Below are positions 52,368-64,000 of a DNA stretch of 64,000 bases, piece after piece (positions within the stretch are counted from its first letter, which is position 1; every line of letters starts with the position of its first letter). Below the pieces are notes generated by a model. The model did no database searches and was not told the DNA's origin. It worked only from the letters and a program-made list of their open reading frames with translations. The DNA is from Tubiluchus corallicola. Lineage: Eukaryota; Animalia; Priapulida. Location: NCBI GenBank assembly GCA_030141605.1, contig JAQGDQ010000003.1, positions 1,612,001 through 1,676,000 on the forward strand, given 5' to 3'. Made by a program: the position numbers and the translations under genes.

Positions 52368-54095
52368 CTGAAAAACAATGAATTTTATAAACTATCCTTG
52401 TGCGATAAAATAAAGCAAGGTATCGAAAATGCAACAAAAAACTTAAAAGGAAAAATAAACATTAGAAACGCATACTAATAATTATTATAATATTACTGTA
52501 TGGTAACGAGTGTATATACGAGATTGTTTACCATTAGAAACAAATTTTTAACAGGAAAAATGAATTTTTATGTGCATCTGATTAATAAATTTTTAATTTT
52601 ATTTTCATCCCTATTTACCAAAAAATGATTCGCGTTGTTTTAATCATATTTTTACAACTCGAAAAATGTTTATTATGTTATCACGTTATCAGTGTTTGTA
52701 AGTACAACTTGTCCAATAAATTAACGACATCACACTCTGTTTTTATAGCTATTAATTTAAAAATAAAGGTTTATATAAAATAGCGATCACAACTAGAGTA
52801 TAAAACTAATTAATTCCTTGCTGGAAGTAGAACCTTTCTCATAACAAATATGGCTAGGCCAACACTGGCGGCAATAAAATAATAATAACAGCACGAATAT
52901 TGTGGAATTGAACTACAGTCAACGCAAACACTATTAAGAAATTAAACCGTGATAAACGCGTCACAAAGAATTGCTAATGCACACCAATAACAATTCTATT
53001 TCTCTGATTACTTTACGCACTAAAACAAAATACTCAAGTCGTTAGGATTCTACTAATAACAAAACGAAAATATTTACGATTATTATGACCGCCTGTTAAA
53101 AAAACAACATACCGCCTGTGTAAGCTACAATTTGCATACCAACTATTTTATAATTTATTATGTAAAAAATGAAGAAATTTTTAAAATATAAATTCCAAAA
53201 GACCACGTTTTAAAACGCGTTCGCTCCACATATTTTTTTTATAAACGGGTAGGTAGCCTAATGAAATTTAAAACAACATTAATCAAAACCTGCATTTGAA
53301 CGAATGCGATTACAATGCACTGAAAGCCCATACACATGCAGTTACCCGTCCAAATCCACATTATTTTTAATTAAAACAACATCACAAAGAACAGACTCAC
53401 GTTGATAGTGGTGAACAGTGCATCGTGTAGTGATCAAAATGACTCTAATCCCGGTTTAACTACGTATTTGATGTTTCCAATAGACAAGTTTAGTCAAGAA
53501 AAGAGCGCAAAGAAAAAGAGACGCCGCGTCACCAGAGCAAAGACAGACGCACAGAATACAGACGGTAACCAGGCAATAAATTAGATAATGAGAACTCGCT
53601 GTAGAACTCAACTCTACATTGCTAATTTAATTATTTACTTCCAACAATTATCTTAATTGTACAGGCAAGAACAATAATTATGGCAGATGGCATGGAAAGA
53701 TGAAGAGCAATTAAATAGATAGCGCTGTAAAATCATCATTACACTTTGCAATTTTTTTAAATGTGTGTCACGTAAGTTTAAAATAAAAACACATACAAAC
53801 AAAAACGCAATATATAGGTTCGTTCAACTAAGTAGAAAATAAGAAGCGAAAAGGGCGACAAAATGTGTTTTCACCTATTAGTTCTTATATTTTAAGTTCT
53901 TACTAACGCAAAACATGCTAAATCAAAAGTTTCTCCTTTGCCCCAATTTTACAACCTAAAATTAAACGTGAAGTACATTTACAAGTTCGGTTCTATTTTC
54001 CTTACTTTGCGACTTGCAATATAAAATAATCCTAGTGTAATTAAGAATTTCTGACACATAAAACGAAATAAAATCACATAATAGTTTCTTCACAC

Positions 54096-54211
54096 CTTGC
54101 ATTCGTCTGCTCCACCATTGTAGGCTGCATCCAACCACCTCTAACTGACCCAAGAGGTTCCTCTTTGAGTGTGGGGCCCCTTGAGTGGAGCGTGTCCTGT
54201 ATACCAAACAT
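54096..54211 (-). CDS. coe: COE/EBF transcription factor, coding exon 1 (MFGIQDTLHSRGPTLKEEPLGSVRGGWMQPTMVEQTNA)
   Basis: Manual translation resembles the EBF N-terminus (MFGIQ...KEEPLG...WMQ). ATG at 54211, donor AG|GTGTGA at 54095. Phase 2 joins exon 2 as AG+C (Ser). Confidence 0.93.
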
Positions 54212-54399
54212 TAGACTCCAGTGGGTTGCCGTGACTCTATTTAGTCTAAACACAAGTCAACTCGGGAGTACTTATCACTCTGCCTGAATAGACAGCAGTG
54301 TGAGGATAACATTGATTATTCCTAACCTCCTCCTTTTGCGCCGGCCACCTCTCTGATCTATGCTCTCTCGCGCAACTGAGCTCACATCGGGAGGAGGAG

Positions 54400-54540
54400 C
54401 CCAACTCCCTCAGGAATGGGCAACTCCCCTGGGAGAATAAATGCAGATTCACAAGGTGCAGAGGATTGATCGTTCAAGAACAACTAAGAGAGCTATCGAA
54501 TGATAGAAATGTAGGAAGAGATAAGAGCCAATCAGAATGC
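54400..54540 (-). promoter_or_regulatory. Proximal promoter/5' region of coe with two COE sites and an NF-Y CCAAT box
   Basis: TCCCCTGGGA at 54425-54434 (exact TCCCNNGGGA), TCCCTCAGGA at 54406-54415 (1 mismatch), AGCCAATCAG at 54526-54535; locally GC-richer, about 200-320 bp upstream of the ATG. Confidence 0.6.
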
Positions 54541-56279
54541 ATGCCAGCCTCCGCCTTGCTTCCTGCACATGCTATTTTCATGATATTACTCATTCTTGCA
54601 GCTACCATAAATCATGTGTACGCTGAGCGGGGAAGTCTCTGTGATGAGGGCCTGCCTTTCTCAGCTACCGAAACACGGTACGCGATAAAATCACCTAAAC
54701 AGCTACTTATGTATGGACTACTAGCCCAACTATCACGCTTACAATAACAATTATTACATTGCTATTTATGGGAAAACGTTAACATTAGTTGAAGACTTCA
54801 AGTTAAAAACCCATACACGTGTGTGCTTATGTGTTTCAGATTGCAATTTGTTTCCTTTGTCCTTCATTCTGCAAATTTTGTTTCCAAAACGAAAGTATAA
54901 ACGAATGAAAGAAATGGAAGAAAGGATGGCTGAATGAATGAATGAACGACTAAATGAATCAACAAGTGAATGAATAAATGTACATATGTCTGTATGAATG
55001 AATGAATGAATGCAGTAATAGTCATCCTATAAAGTTATATAGCATGGAGATAATTCTTAATGACAAGAATAGATATTATATGTTCAATATATAAAAAAAA
55101 TCCCACAAATAAGAAAAAAGTGTACACACGACGTTTCGGTCTAACACTGTTATCTTCAGACGAAGACTTTAGTTTGTAAATTGTAGAAATAACTCATGGC
55201 ACCTACACAATTTAGACATAAAACATTCACTATGATATTAATTTATTACCCTTTGTTTATTTAGGGTTAAATGTTGTTGTATATCTTATGGCGATTTTGA
55301 ATTGATTTTTATGACAAATCCTGATGACGTGCCCGCATAAGTTTTCTAATCTTCCAGTCTTTGTCTAAGGAGCTGGAGTTTGTTTTTGCTGCTATAGTGA
55401 AACTTATGGAAATAGCAAAAACACTTGTTTAAAAATCCTTTCGTGCAACTACAGTTGATAATTTATTATTTTTAAAACCCCGTGCAGTGTGCTGTTGAAC
55501 ATTGTCTGGGCAGTGTTCACTGCTCTTATACCTGAAGATTTCTGTTTCAATTTATCAATGCCAATTTTCTCCTAATTAGTATGAATGATCAAGTCGCATT
55601 AAGCCTTTACTTAACAGCTTTGTTTCGTGATTTGTGTCACGAAAAGGTTTAGCGAAAGTCAAGAGAATTGCTGCAGCTGCAACGGTCAATTATATAGCTC
55701 TACATTTTTAAACGTTTTTTTACAATTTTACTTGGTGCACTTCATTTGCTAGAAAAACAAGCCCACATCAATTGAATTCAATAAGAGCTAACTAATTTTA
55801 TAATCGCACTAAAATCTCACCATATATGTGTCTCATGGGTCAGTAACACATGCATTAAAATGAACGAATAGACATGACTTGTCAATTTTTGTTTTTCTAA
55901 TATCATAAAGTTGTTTTCTCTGAGTCTACAAGTTATGAACTATTCTCTGCTTAAATGCTACAGCCTATACGTTGAGCAAAGCCACTTTTGCACTTGCTGT
56001 TAGAACAGGATTACATGAATCAGCTACCAATAGAAAAATCAACTCTCACTTTTCCTTTTGGAGCAACCTAATTAACATAATTTTTATCCCTTGCTACAAA
56101 CAGTGAAAGTTTTATGACTACTGACACAAACGCATCAGATGATAATGATAATTTATGACGATTTTTTCTTATTAGCGAAAGTGTTCAAAATATAAAGTGT
56201 TAATGGTAAAGGCTGTTGCTGGTAGGCTTCTGACATCTGCCTAGTGCCTACTAGATGCCAATGTCAGTAAATTAGGATT

Positions 56280-56295
56280 TGGCGCCATCTAGTGC
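56280..56295 (-). promoter_or_regulatory. CTCF-like motif
   Basis: Minus strand GCACTAGATGGCGCCA closely matches the CTCF core CCACTAGATGGCGC. Confidence 0.45.
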
Positions 56296-59200
56296 AAACT
56301 TAAGCACCTTTTCAACAGCTTTTTATGCAGGCAGCTGTGGTAGAATCTGCGTATTAGGTCGAAGCTACAATTTTTGGAATTGGGATGGCACATGGCACTC
56401 AAAATTAATTAAGGCCATATTAATACAAAAAGTTATTGAGAGCGTGAATTACAATTTTTAATAATAATATTATAGTGTTTTCATGTTCTAAATTTCTAAA
56501 TAATGAGAGGGATAAAACGGGAAATTCGCAGTTCTGCAATTAAAATTTAACGTTCGCATTTAAAATTGTCCAGTTTAAATGAAAAGTAACCGAATTTCAC
56601 TTGTAAAATATCAAAAATATGTGACCTCACTTAAATGCAATATGAACAATGCGTATCAATAAAAAATTAATACTAAATTCACATTAAAATTAGTCTAATA
56701 AAATTTATTTGAATCATGGTGCTTCGTAGAATCTTTCTACACTTTGAACGAACTAAATGCTAACTAACTATTAAGTTACATAAATAATAGTAAAAGTAAA
56801 CTTTCTTTAAATGTTAAACGGTTAAATTCCTTATCTTCTATTTATTTTTAAAAAACAGCAAAAGTAAAAACAATTTATTTTTACTATTATTTAGGTAACT
56901 TGGTAATACACTTGTAAGTTCTTCAAAAAGTTATTATTATTTCTAGTTCATTTGAAAATGTAGAAAGAATCTACAAAACGTCATTATTTAAATAAGTTAT
57001 TCCTGGTTAATTAACTACGTGTGACGGAAAGAAAATGACTACCAGTCACCATCTGTTCAGTGTACAAAGCCCCAAGACTTACATCTTGTCAGTTAATATA
57101 GGTCTATTATTAATTATTTATAATATTGCTTTCAAGACTATTGGTTAATGACAAAATGAACTCACAATTACTGAATTTTCGAAAATAAGCATGACCAAAA
57201 GGAAGAAATATGAAAAAAATTGGGATTAAGACTGCAGACTATTATAGTTAAAGTAGGCCTAGTTAGAAAAATTATTAAAAGGTACCGTTGTCGACTCTTT
57301 TTGGTCAACCAATAAAATATCTACCTATGATTCAGTCGCATTGGTGATCCTATTTTGGCTCACCTTGTTGACCTTTTACTGGAACAGAATTAAGCAGTCG
57401 CCTGGGCTTCTTACTCGACCATGCTGCCCCGGGGTTCGAAGGAGACATTTTACTGAAGAAATCTATCACTGTAGAGTCTGCCATGTGGCAGAATATCGTA
57501 GCAGCTCTAGTTCAAATACCGGCAGCCTGAAACGGCCCATTTATTAGCGTCGAGTTTTTAAACGTATCAAAATAAAATAAATTTGCGTCCGGGATTACCT
57601 GCGAACAATTGACGCAAGCATAAAGAGGCGATTTGCATGTGAGAGTAGGGATGAACGCGCAGGTTTTGATCCGTTTCTGAGATGCTCTACTAAGCCTTCA
57701 TTTGGGTTATGTGGAAATAATGACTTGTTTAATGAGAACTGAAGGCTTTCGTTAACAACAAGCACACGTACTTTATTGCCCACGAACACTGTTTGCATGC
57801 ATACATACAAATTACAAACGTGCATATGAGTTAGGATGAAACCATATAAATAGAAGCTCCAAGGTTCGATGAAACCGCGGATATTTTTGCTCATTTATTT
57901 AGATACAAGAAATTTATTTGTAAGCTAAATGTGCTTCATTGTATTTCTACTGCCTACACATAAATTGAAATGAAATACAAAGAATAACGCCGTTTTTATA
58001 AATTTTATTCCTGTGATATATAAAATCCAAAACAAATAGAATTTAGTAAGGTAACTTTTGGGTTCCCCTTTCACATGAAGATAGTACAGTTCGTTAATCT
58101 GGGTTATCTTTAGCTTATTTATACGCCAAAGATGGAGCAACGATTATAGATTTCTAAAAACTATGTATGGCGAAGTTGGCCTGTGAAGCACAGAAAACTC
58201 GAAAAAAATAAACCTAACAGTAATTGTACCAACCAAATGGTTTCCACATTCTTGAAATAAAGTTGGCGTGTCTGCATCTGCATCTCCTATCTGGAGGATC
58301 CCATATTCTGAAGTTTGCCTAAACTGCGTGAAGTTACTTTGGCAGAAGTTAAAAGTGACCAGAACACTGTTTTCTAGTTGGCTAAAGGAAAGAGCTGTAT
58401 TGCCACAGGGCAGTCTGTAGTATCTATGAGTATTAATGTTTCAAAATATTTAAAAAGGGATTTAAGGACCTCCAAGGATTTAAGTAAATTCTTACACCAT
58501 ACATTCCGAATGCATAAAGTAACTAAGGTGTTTGGAATACGCGACAATACGGCAGACCCGCCGACACAAATTCCGATACATATGTAACTACTCTTAACGA
58601 AATTAAAGAACAACAGGGCTCTAGCGTTAGTCCCATGCACATTATAAACCTTACCATTTATGTTAATCTTTGTCACACACAGCAATGTTGTGCTGCTAAT
58701 TAGAGATGGCCAGTCATCTACTCAGTTTATCAGGCAAGACGAGCAACAGTGAAGGCAAGGTTTCTACAATTATTTCGACTCAATACCACAATACCAGTCG
58801 TCTGTAGCTTTGATATGTCCAGTGTTTGACAAAAAATCCTAAAGCAGCTTTTAAGATTTCTGGCAGTACTCATTAAGACTCGAACCGTAGCCTCACAGGC
58901 AGGATTTTTGCTAACAGTGCTTTACTGCATGACTAGGCGCAAAGGAATAAATTTTGAGGCGAGCGCTACGTTCAACAATGTTCATCATCATTCAGCTTCG
59001 CAATTTCCCATTTGAAGTTGTCATGATCACAAACTTCAATTTCCATCTCTAAACACCGTCGCAAAGTTTACCGTTCCTTCCCAAAACGCCTAAAACAAAG
59101 CAGAACAAGACCCGACCATACGAGGTGGCGACCTCTAGGGGAAGTTGCTCTCCAAATTAAGTTTCAGTCATCAATTGGAATGCAAATATTAACAATTACG

Positions 59201-62200
59201 GTGGCGAATGAGTGTTGGCATCGAGGCGTGGAATTGTTCTGGCTAGAGACTCGATCTGTCTTGTGCAATTTGTTTGCCAGAACCTCAGGGCTTTGTACAA
59301 TCATCAAGCAGCAAAGAGTTATGATTAGACTTTACACGTGGGACTATCATAACACTAGGTTTATATTCAAATGTATTCTTTTACATCGCTTCTTATTCAT
59401 GGGCACAGATCGAGTGTTAGTCGCCAACAAAATTAATTTCTCTTGTTCGGGGAAAGATTAATGCGTTTATGAAAGCGACGAGACACTCCCTCTTTTACCC
59501 AAATCAAATTAAGTTTGAGAGCAAAGACCAAATGCATTACACCGAACATGCAAACGGAGTGGACCGTTTGATTGTGATGGATTTAAACTGATTTAAACTG
59601 ATTCTATCGTAAGAATGAATTATATTCAATTTTACATATTTTTTAGCCTACATTCATCGATCAATATTAAGTGTGCTTATAACGTAATGAACTTGCTTGG
59701 CAAGCTTGATACTTCTACAAAATAATAGAAAAGAACATGTCATAAGTTAAATCAATGATAACGTTAATAAGGGCGTAGAGAAACCAAGTGTCAAAAATAT
59801 TGGTGCCGGTTTAACTCGATTCAACCTAAGTTGGACTAAAGTTTGTTAAATACAGTTATAAAAGATCATTAACAAAGATGCCGCTCAACAACATGACTAC
59901 AGTAGCTGTTTATTGCGACCAAATGTAATAAATTTGTACCTTGCATTACTTAACAAGTTTTCAAAGTCGCTTTGCTATAGGTATAATTTATACTCAATGT
60001 CAGATAAAGATAATGATTTTTTAATTTTGATTATTTATTACTCCCGACATCTTACATTTGTATATTATTACAATACTACTTAGTAGATAGCACCAACATG
60101 CTATTAAATGCTTAAATATATACACGCACTAACATTCTTTTCGGAGTGTTCATCCTGTATATAAACCATGGGTAATGAAAATTAAGCAAGTTATTACAAA
60201 ACAGCATATGTTTGAGATGTTTTACAATATCTTTGATATCGTAGCAGTATCTTAGATATAAAATCATACTGTTTTGGTCATCTTGGATTGGCCTTTCCAA
60301 CACTGGGGGTGTTAGATCAAGGATGATAGAAGAAGATGCGTCAGCAACATTCGTATTGTCGCATTTTAGGAGCAACCTGACTTGAGACTGATGCACTGAG
60401 CACATAAAAGTATTCCCATAGTGATATTATACCATGAGCATTAGCCATCGACTGACTTTTATTATAGCTATCTGGTTCCATGGAGCAACCCATTACTCCC
60501 CATTCAGCTTATAATAAACATCAGACTTAATAAAATATTTAAAATTGCCTGCGTATTGTGTATACAAATGGTCGGCTAATGATGAGAAGCTAATGGCAAA
60601 AATCGCGTGTTGGGTCCTGCGAGAGATCACCATCAAAAGCAAAGAGTTCGAGATCTCTGTTTCGCTTTCTTTCTTGCGTTTTTTCTTTCAGTATTGACAG
60701 GACTATAATAAAGCGTGGCAAAGTTCAGAAAGAAGGCTCTTACATTATTCATGAATGGCTGAAAGTGTAGAAATAGCTCTCCTGGAGGAATAACCCGTTA
60801 TCTGTGGGCCATTGTTATATGCGTCTATTGGTGCATTTTAGATTTGATTTTACTGTCAGAATGAGATCCGCGAAAGTCAAAAGATTCTTAGTATAAGATC
60901 ATTTACCATAAACGATTACTTTACTCTTACATTTCTTATGACAGGAGGGTACAATAATTAAATGTACTCTATAGATGTTTTTAATTAAATTGAATCGAGG
61001 GTCATTTTGTAGAAGAACAGAAAAAATTCGTCATCATTACGTCGTGGTCATCGTCTTTGGTTTAAGTAACTAATTTTTATTTTCTAAATTATTTTATTTT
61101 GGTACTTAAAAACGTCCTAATAATCATTTGTTACGATGTGTATAAAATTTGAAACCCTACTATAAGTAGCGAATTATGTACAAATGTGCAAACTAACATG
61201 TATGAAAGTCCTTTTAAATGATAATTTTATTCAGGCTAATATTAGGTTGTTAATAAAGTAAAAGTTTTTGCAAAGAATCCAAACTTTGTGCCAGTACGCC
61301 TATACAGCATCTGCAGAGCCTGCTCATAGAACCGTGAATTAGGAAGTGAAAGGCGATAGATGCTTATCCAATTGATTCTTATCTGCTACTGATTAGCATC
61401 AAAAGTTCAAAATAATCAAAAACCGTGAATTTCATCCGCTGAAACCGGTAAACACTCCATAATGATTTCTACATAACGATATCTGCTTTTGTTACAATAA
61501 TTACGGTTCTGATATTTTAAATAAATTTATTGCTTTATCAGACAATTTTTTTACTGATTTGTTAAATCAAATATTTTATTGCTATAAAATGTTTTAAGTA
61601 AGACAACGCTCAGCCACTAACACATTATAATTCATTCATTAAAATGATTAAATAACAAAAACTTTACACAACAACGCGCAGACTTTGACAATAGCAACAA
61701 TTAACTGAATAGAAAAATCTTCAAACACTTTAGCGAAAGAAGGTCGTTTAAAACGCGAACAACTTTCGCTAGCTTTTACGGAAAAAGTGTGAAATTAAGA
61801 ATAAATGAAAGAATGAACTAACGAACGAGTAAATCTATGAATGTGAACGACCGAATGACTGAGCTAATAAGCAGTTAATTAATACAAATAGTTCCTATAA
61901 GCGATCTCTGCAAAATTTTTCGACAAAAACCTCTTAACATTGCCATACTTAACAAAACTCGCGTTCTTATAACATTGTATATATTATGTTCCGTGCAAAA
62001 TTTTTTGGCAACAACCTGTTGAAACTTTTCATATCTCACACAAAGCTGTTCTGAGTACATAATTGTGTGAAATTAATCTTCCAAGGCGTCGTTTTAAATG
62101 ATTTTTGGCGTAAAGTTTTCATGTGAAGATGTAGCAGTACTCTAAGCCTCTAGTTTGTTATTATCACCTCTTCCCATCACAGTCATTGACAACATATATC

Positions 62201-62655
62201 CGTGATTGCTATTCTGATAATTGGCAACAATTTTTCCCTGCTTGGTTACCCTGCGTCTGATTCAAGAGCGGATAAGGTTCAAATTTCACTTTTCAATGGT
62301 GCTTCCGCAATGTGCCGAGGAAGGTTTATTTAAAACAAGATTTTGGTTTCATCAGAATACGAGTGAGCTGTATACGTGCAAGGTAGTGCAAAATATTGTG
62401 AACGTGAATTCGTCCAAATACTACATGTGTCGTACGTGCCATAAATAGACGTAGTCATGAAGATAATTCACTTTTTAGTCCTAATAGCGGTATGTTAATT
62501 TTTTTCTTATAATGAAAATTTAATTTTGCTAATTTTGAGGTCTTGTGCATACTATTTGTTAAGACTTCGCTATAGCTAAAAATGCGACAATATGTATAAA
62601 AAAATATAATAACACATAAAAAGAAATATCAAATTAATATACTGAAAAAATAATA

Positions 62656-62759
62656 ATTACATACAATGAGAATGCTCCATTGTGTGCTAGAAGAAATTGT
62701 GTGCAATATTATTACATACAATGAGAATGTTCCAATGTGTGCTAAAAGAAATCGTGTGC
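62656..62759 (+). repeat. Tandem repeat, 55-bp unit, about 1.9 copies
   Basis: ATTACATACAATGAGAATG..CCA.TGTGTGCTA.AAGAAAT.GTGTGC at 62656 and 62711. Confidence 0.9.
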
Positions 62760-63023
62760 GTTTGCTACAGAAAAATTTTCTAGGAATTCAAAACAGTTAT
62801 TTACGCTTTACTAGAGAAACGGGTAACTCTATTACACTCATAAATAAACAATCATTTTAACGCACACATTTAGTTAAGAGAAGACTGTAACTAAGCAGCC
62901 CATATCTCATAAACTGCTGTAAAAGCATAATTTCAAAGGTTATTAATCAACAGTGGATTAGATTATCGTTGAATACTTAAGATTTGATTAGTTTTAGATT
63001 ATAGTAGTAGACTTCACAATAGA

Positions 63024-63178
63024 ATAATTATAATCAATTGCATAGTGCAACATAAATAAGAGATGGGCTGCTGTAATCTAACCTATATATACGTGTATAC
63101 ATACATACAATATATACGGGTTAGATTACAGCAGCCCATCTCTTATTTATTTTGCACTATGCAATTGATTATAATTAT
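63024..63178. repeat. Near-perfect long palindrome (60-bp arms, about 35-bp TA/CATA loop)
   Basis: 63024-63083 is the reverse complement of 63119-63178 with one mismatch. Confidence 0.95.
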
Positions 63179-64000
63179 CCATTGATTATTGATTGATATA
63201 TATTAAACATATATATAGACATATATATTTTTTAATACTGTGGTATTATTAGCGCGTATATTAGTATAACTTAAATAGCATTTTTAATATACTGAAATAT
63301 TCTGTATGTAAATGAAAATATTAAATTATTGACTGTTTTTGCCCATGTCGTAAGTATCGCAACTAAACTGCCGCTTCACATGAAATTCGACTGGAATAAA
63401 TAACCTTAATGTTAAAAACTAGCCGAAGAAACTAAATAGTTTCCTTCACAAGATAATGTACTTGACCACACAATTAAGCAGAGTGGTGTGATAGTCTCAT
63501 TAGCCAAACTTGATCACTGAAGCAGTGTTTACTTTCGGCCGCAGAAATACGAGTTCAATTCTATGAACAGGTTTCTATGAAAAAAATCTATTTGTTATTT
63601 TTGAGTGACACTTTTTATGATACACTAAAAATAAAAATAAAATAAGAGGAATAAACGGGACGTTTTGTACTGTAAGTTGCAAGCGCAAGCTGTAATGAAA
63701 TCACTTGAGTTATAATCATAATAGTGTTCGTCACTGGTTTCTTTGATGTATGGGTTTCTTTTTTTGTTACTCATTTCATTTCGAAATAGAGTAAGCGATC
63801 AGGATTGTAAATTCAAAGTGCTAAATTTGAGCGCTTTTGTGAAAAGTAAATAAAGTACGCGCCTTGTAGGGCGTTTCTAGGTTCAAACTGTTTTAGCAGT
63901 GTATTTTGCTTCACAAACAAAAGTGATGCTATCTCGTGTTTACCCGATACCTTCAGTGAGATTTTTTTCAGTTTGAAAAATATACGTAAGGGAGAATATA

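Noticed and set aside
53962-54207. 81-aa minus-strand ORF overlapping exon 1
   Set aside because: Alternative frame of the true COE exon 1 running into the intron.
63478-63565. tRNA/SINE-like A and B boxes
   Set aside because: Both boxes are degenerate, spacing is long, and no cloverleaf can be drawn.

Overview
AT-rich eukaryotic (invertebrate bilaterian, probably lophotrochozoan/annelid-like; inference) genomic DNA. The only recognisable host gene is a COE (Collier/Olf-1/EBF, unc-3) transcription factor on the minus strand. Coding exons 1-6 (54211 down to 43182) splice in frame with GT-AG boundaries and encode the N-terminal part of the COE DNA-binding domain, including the H-X3-C-X2-C-X5-C zinc knuckle. 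I could not find exon 7 or later exons by eye, so positions 1-43181 appear to lie in one very large intron 6 (at least 43 kb). That intron contains microsatellites, a decayed LINE, MITE/SINE/LTR-like remnants and GC-richer islands that may be enhancers. The most interesting observations are: (i) a candidate 18-nt in-frame microexon (KVTSDG) in intron 2 with the hallmarks of neural microexons (displaced polypyrimidine tract, UGC near the 3' splice site, strong GTGAGT donor, flanking UGCAUG); (ii) paired COE-binding sites just upstream of the coe start codon, suggesting autoregulation; and (iii) two long fold-back palindromes centred on TA-containing microsatellites. Most ORFs in the supplied track look spurious.
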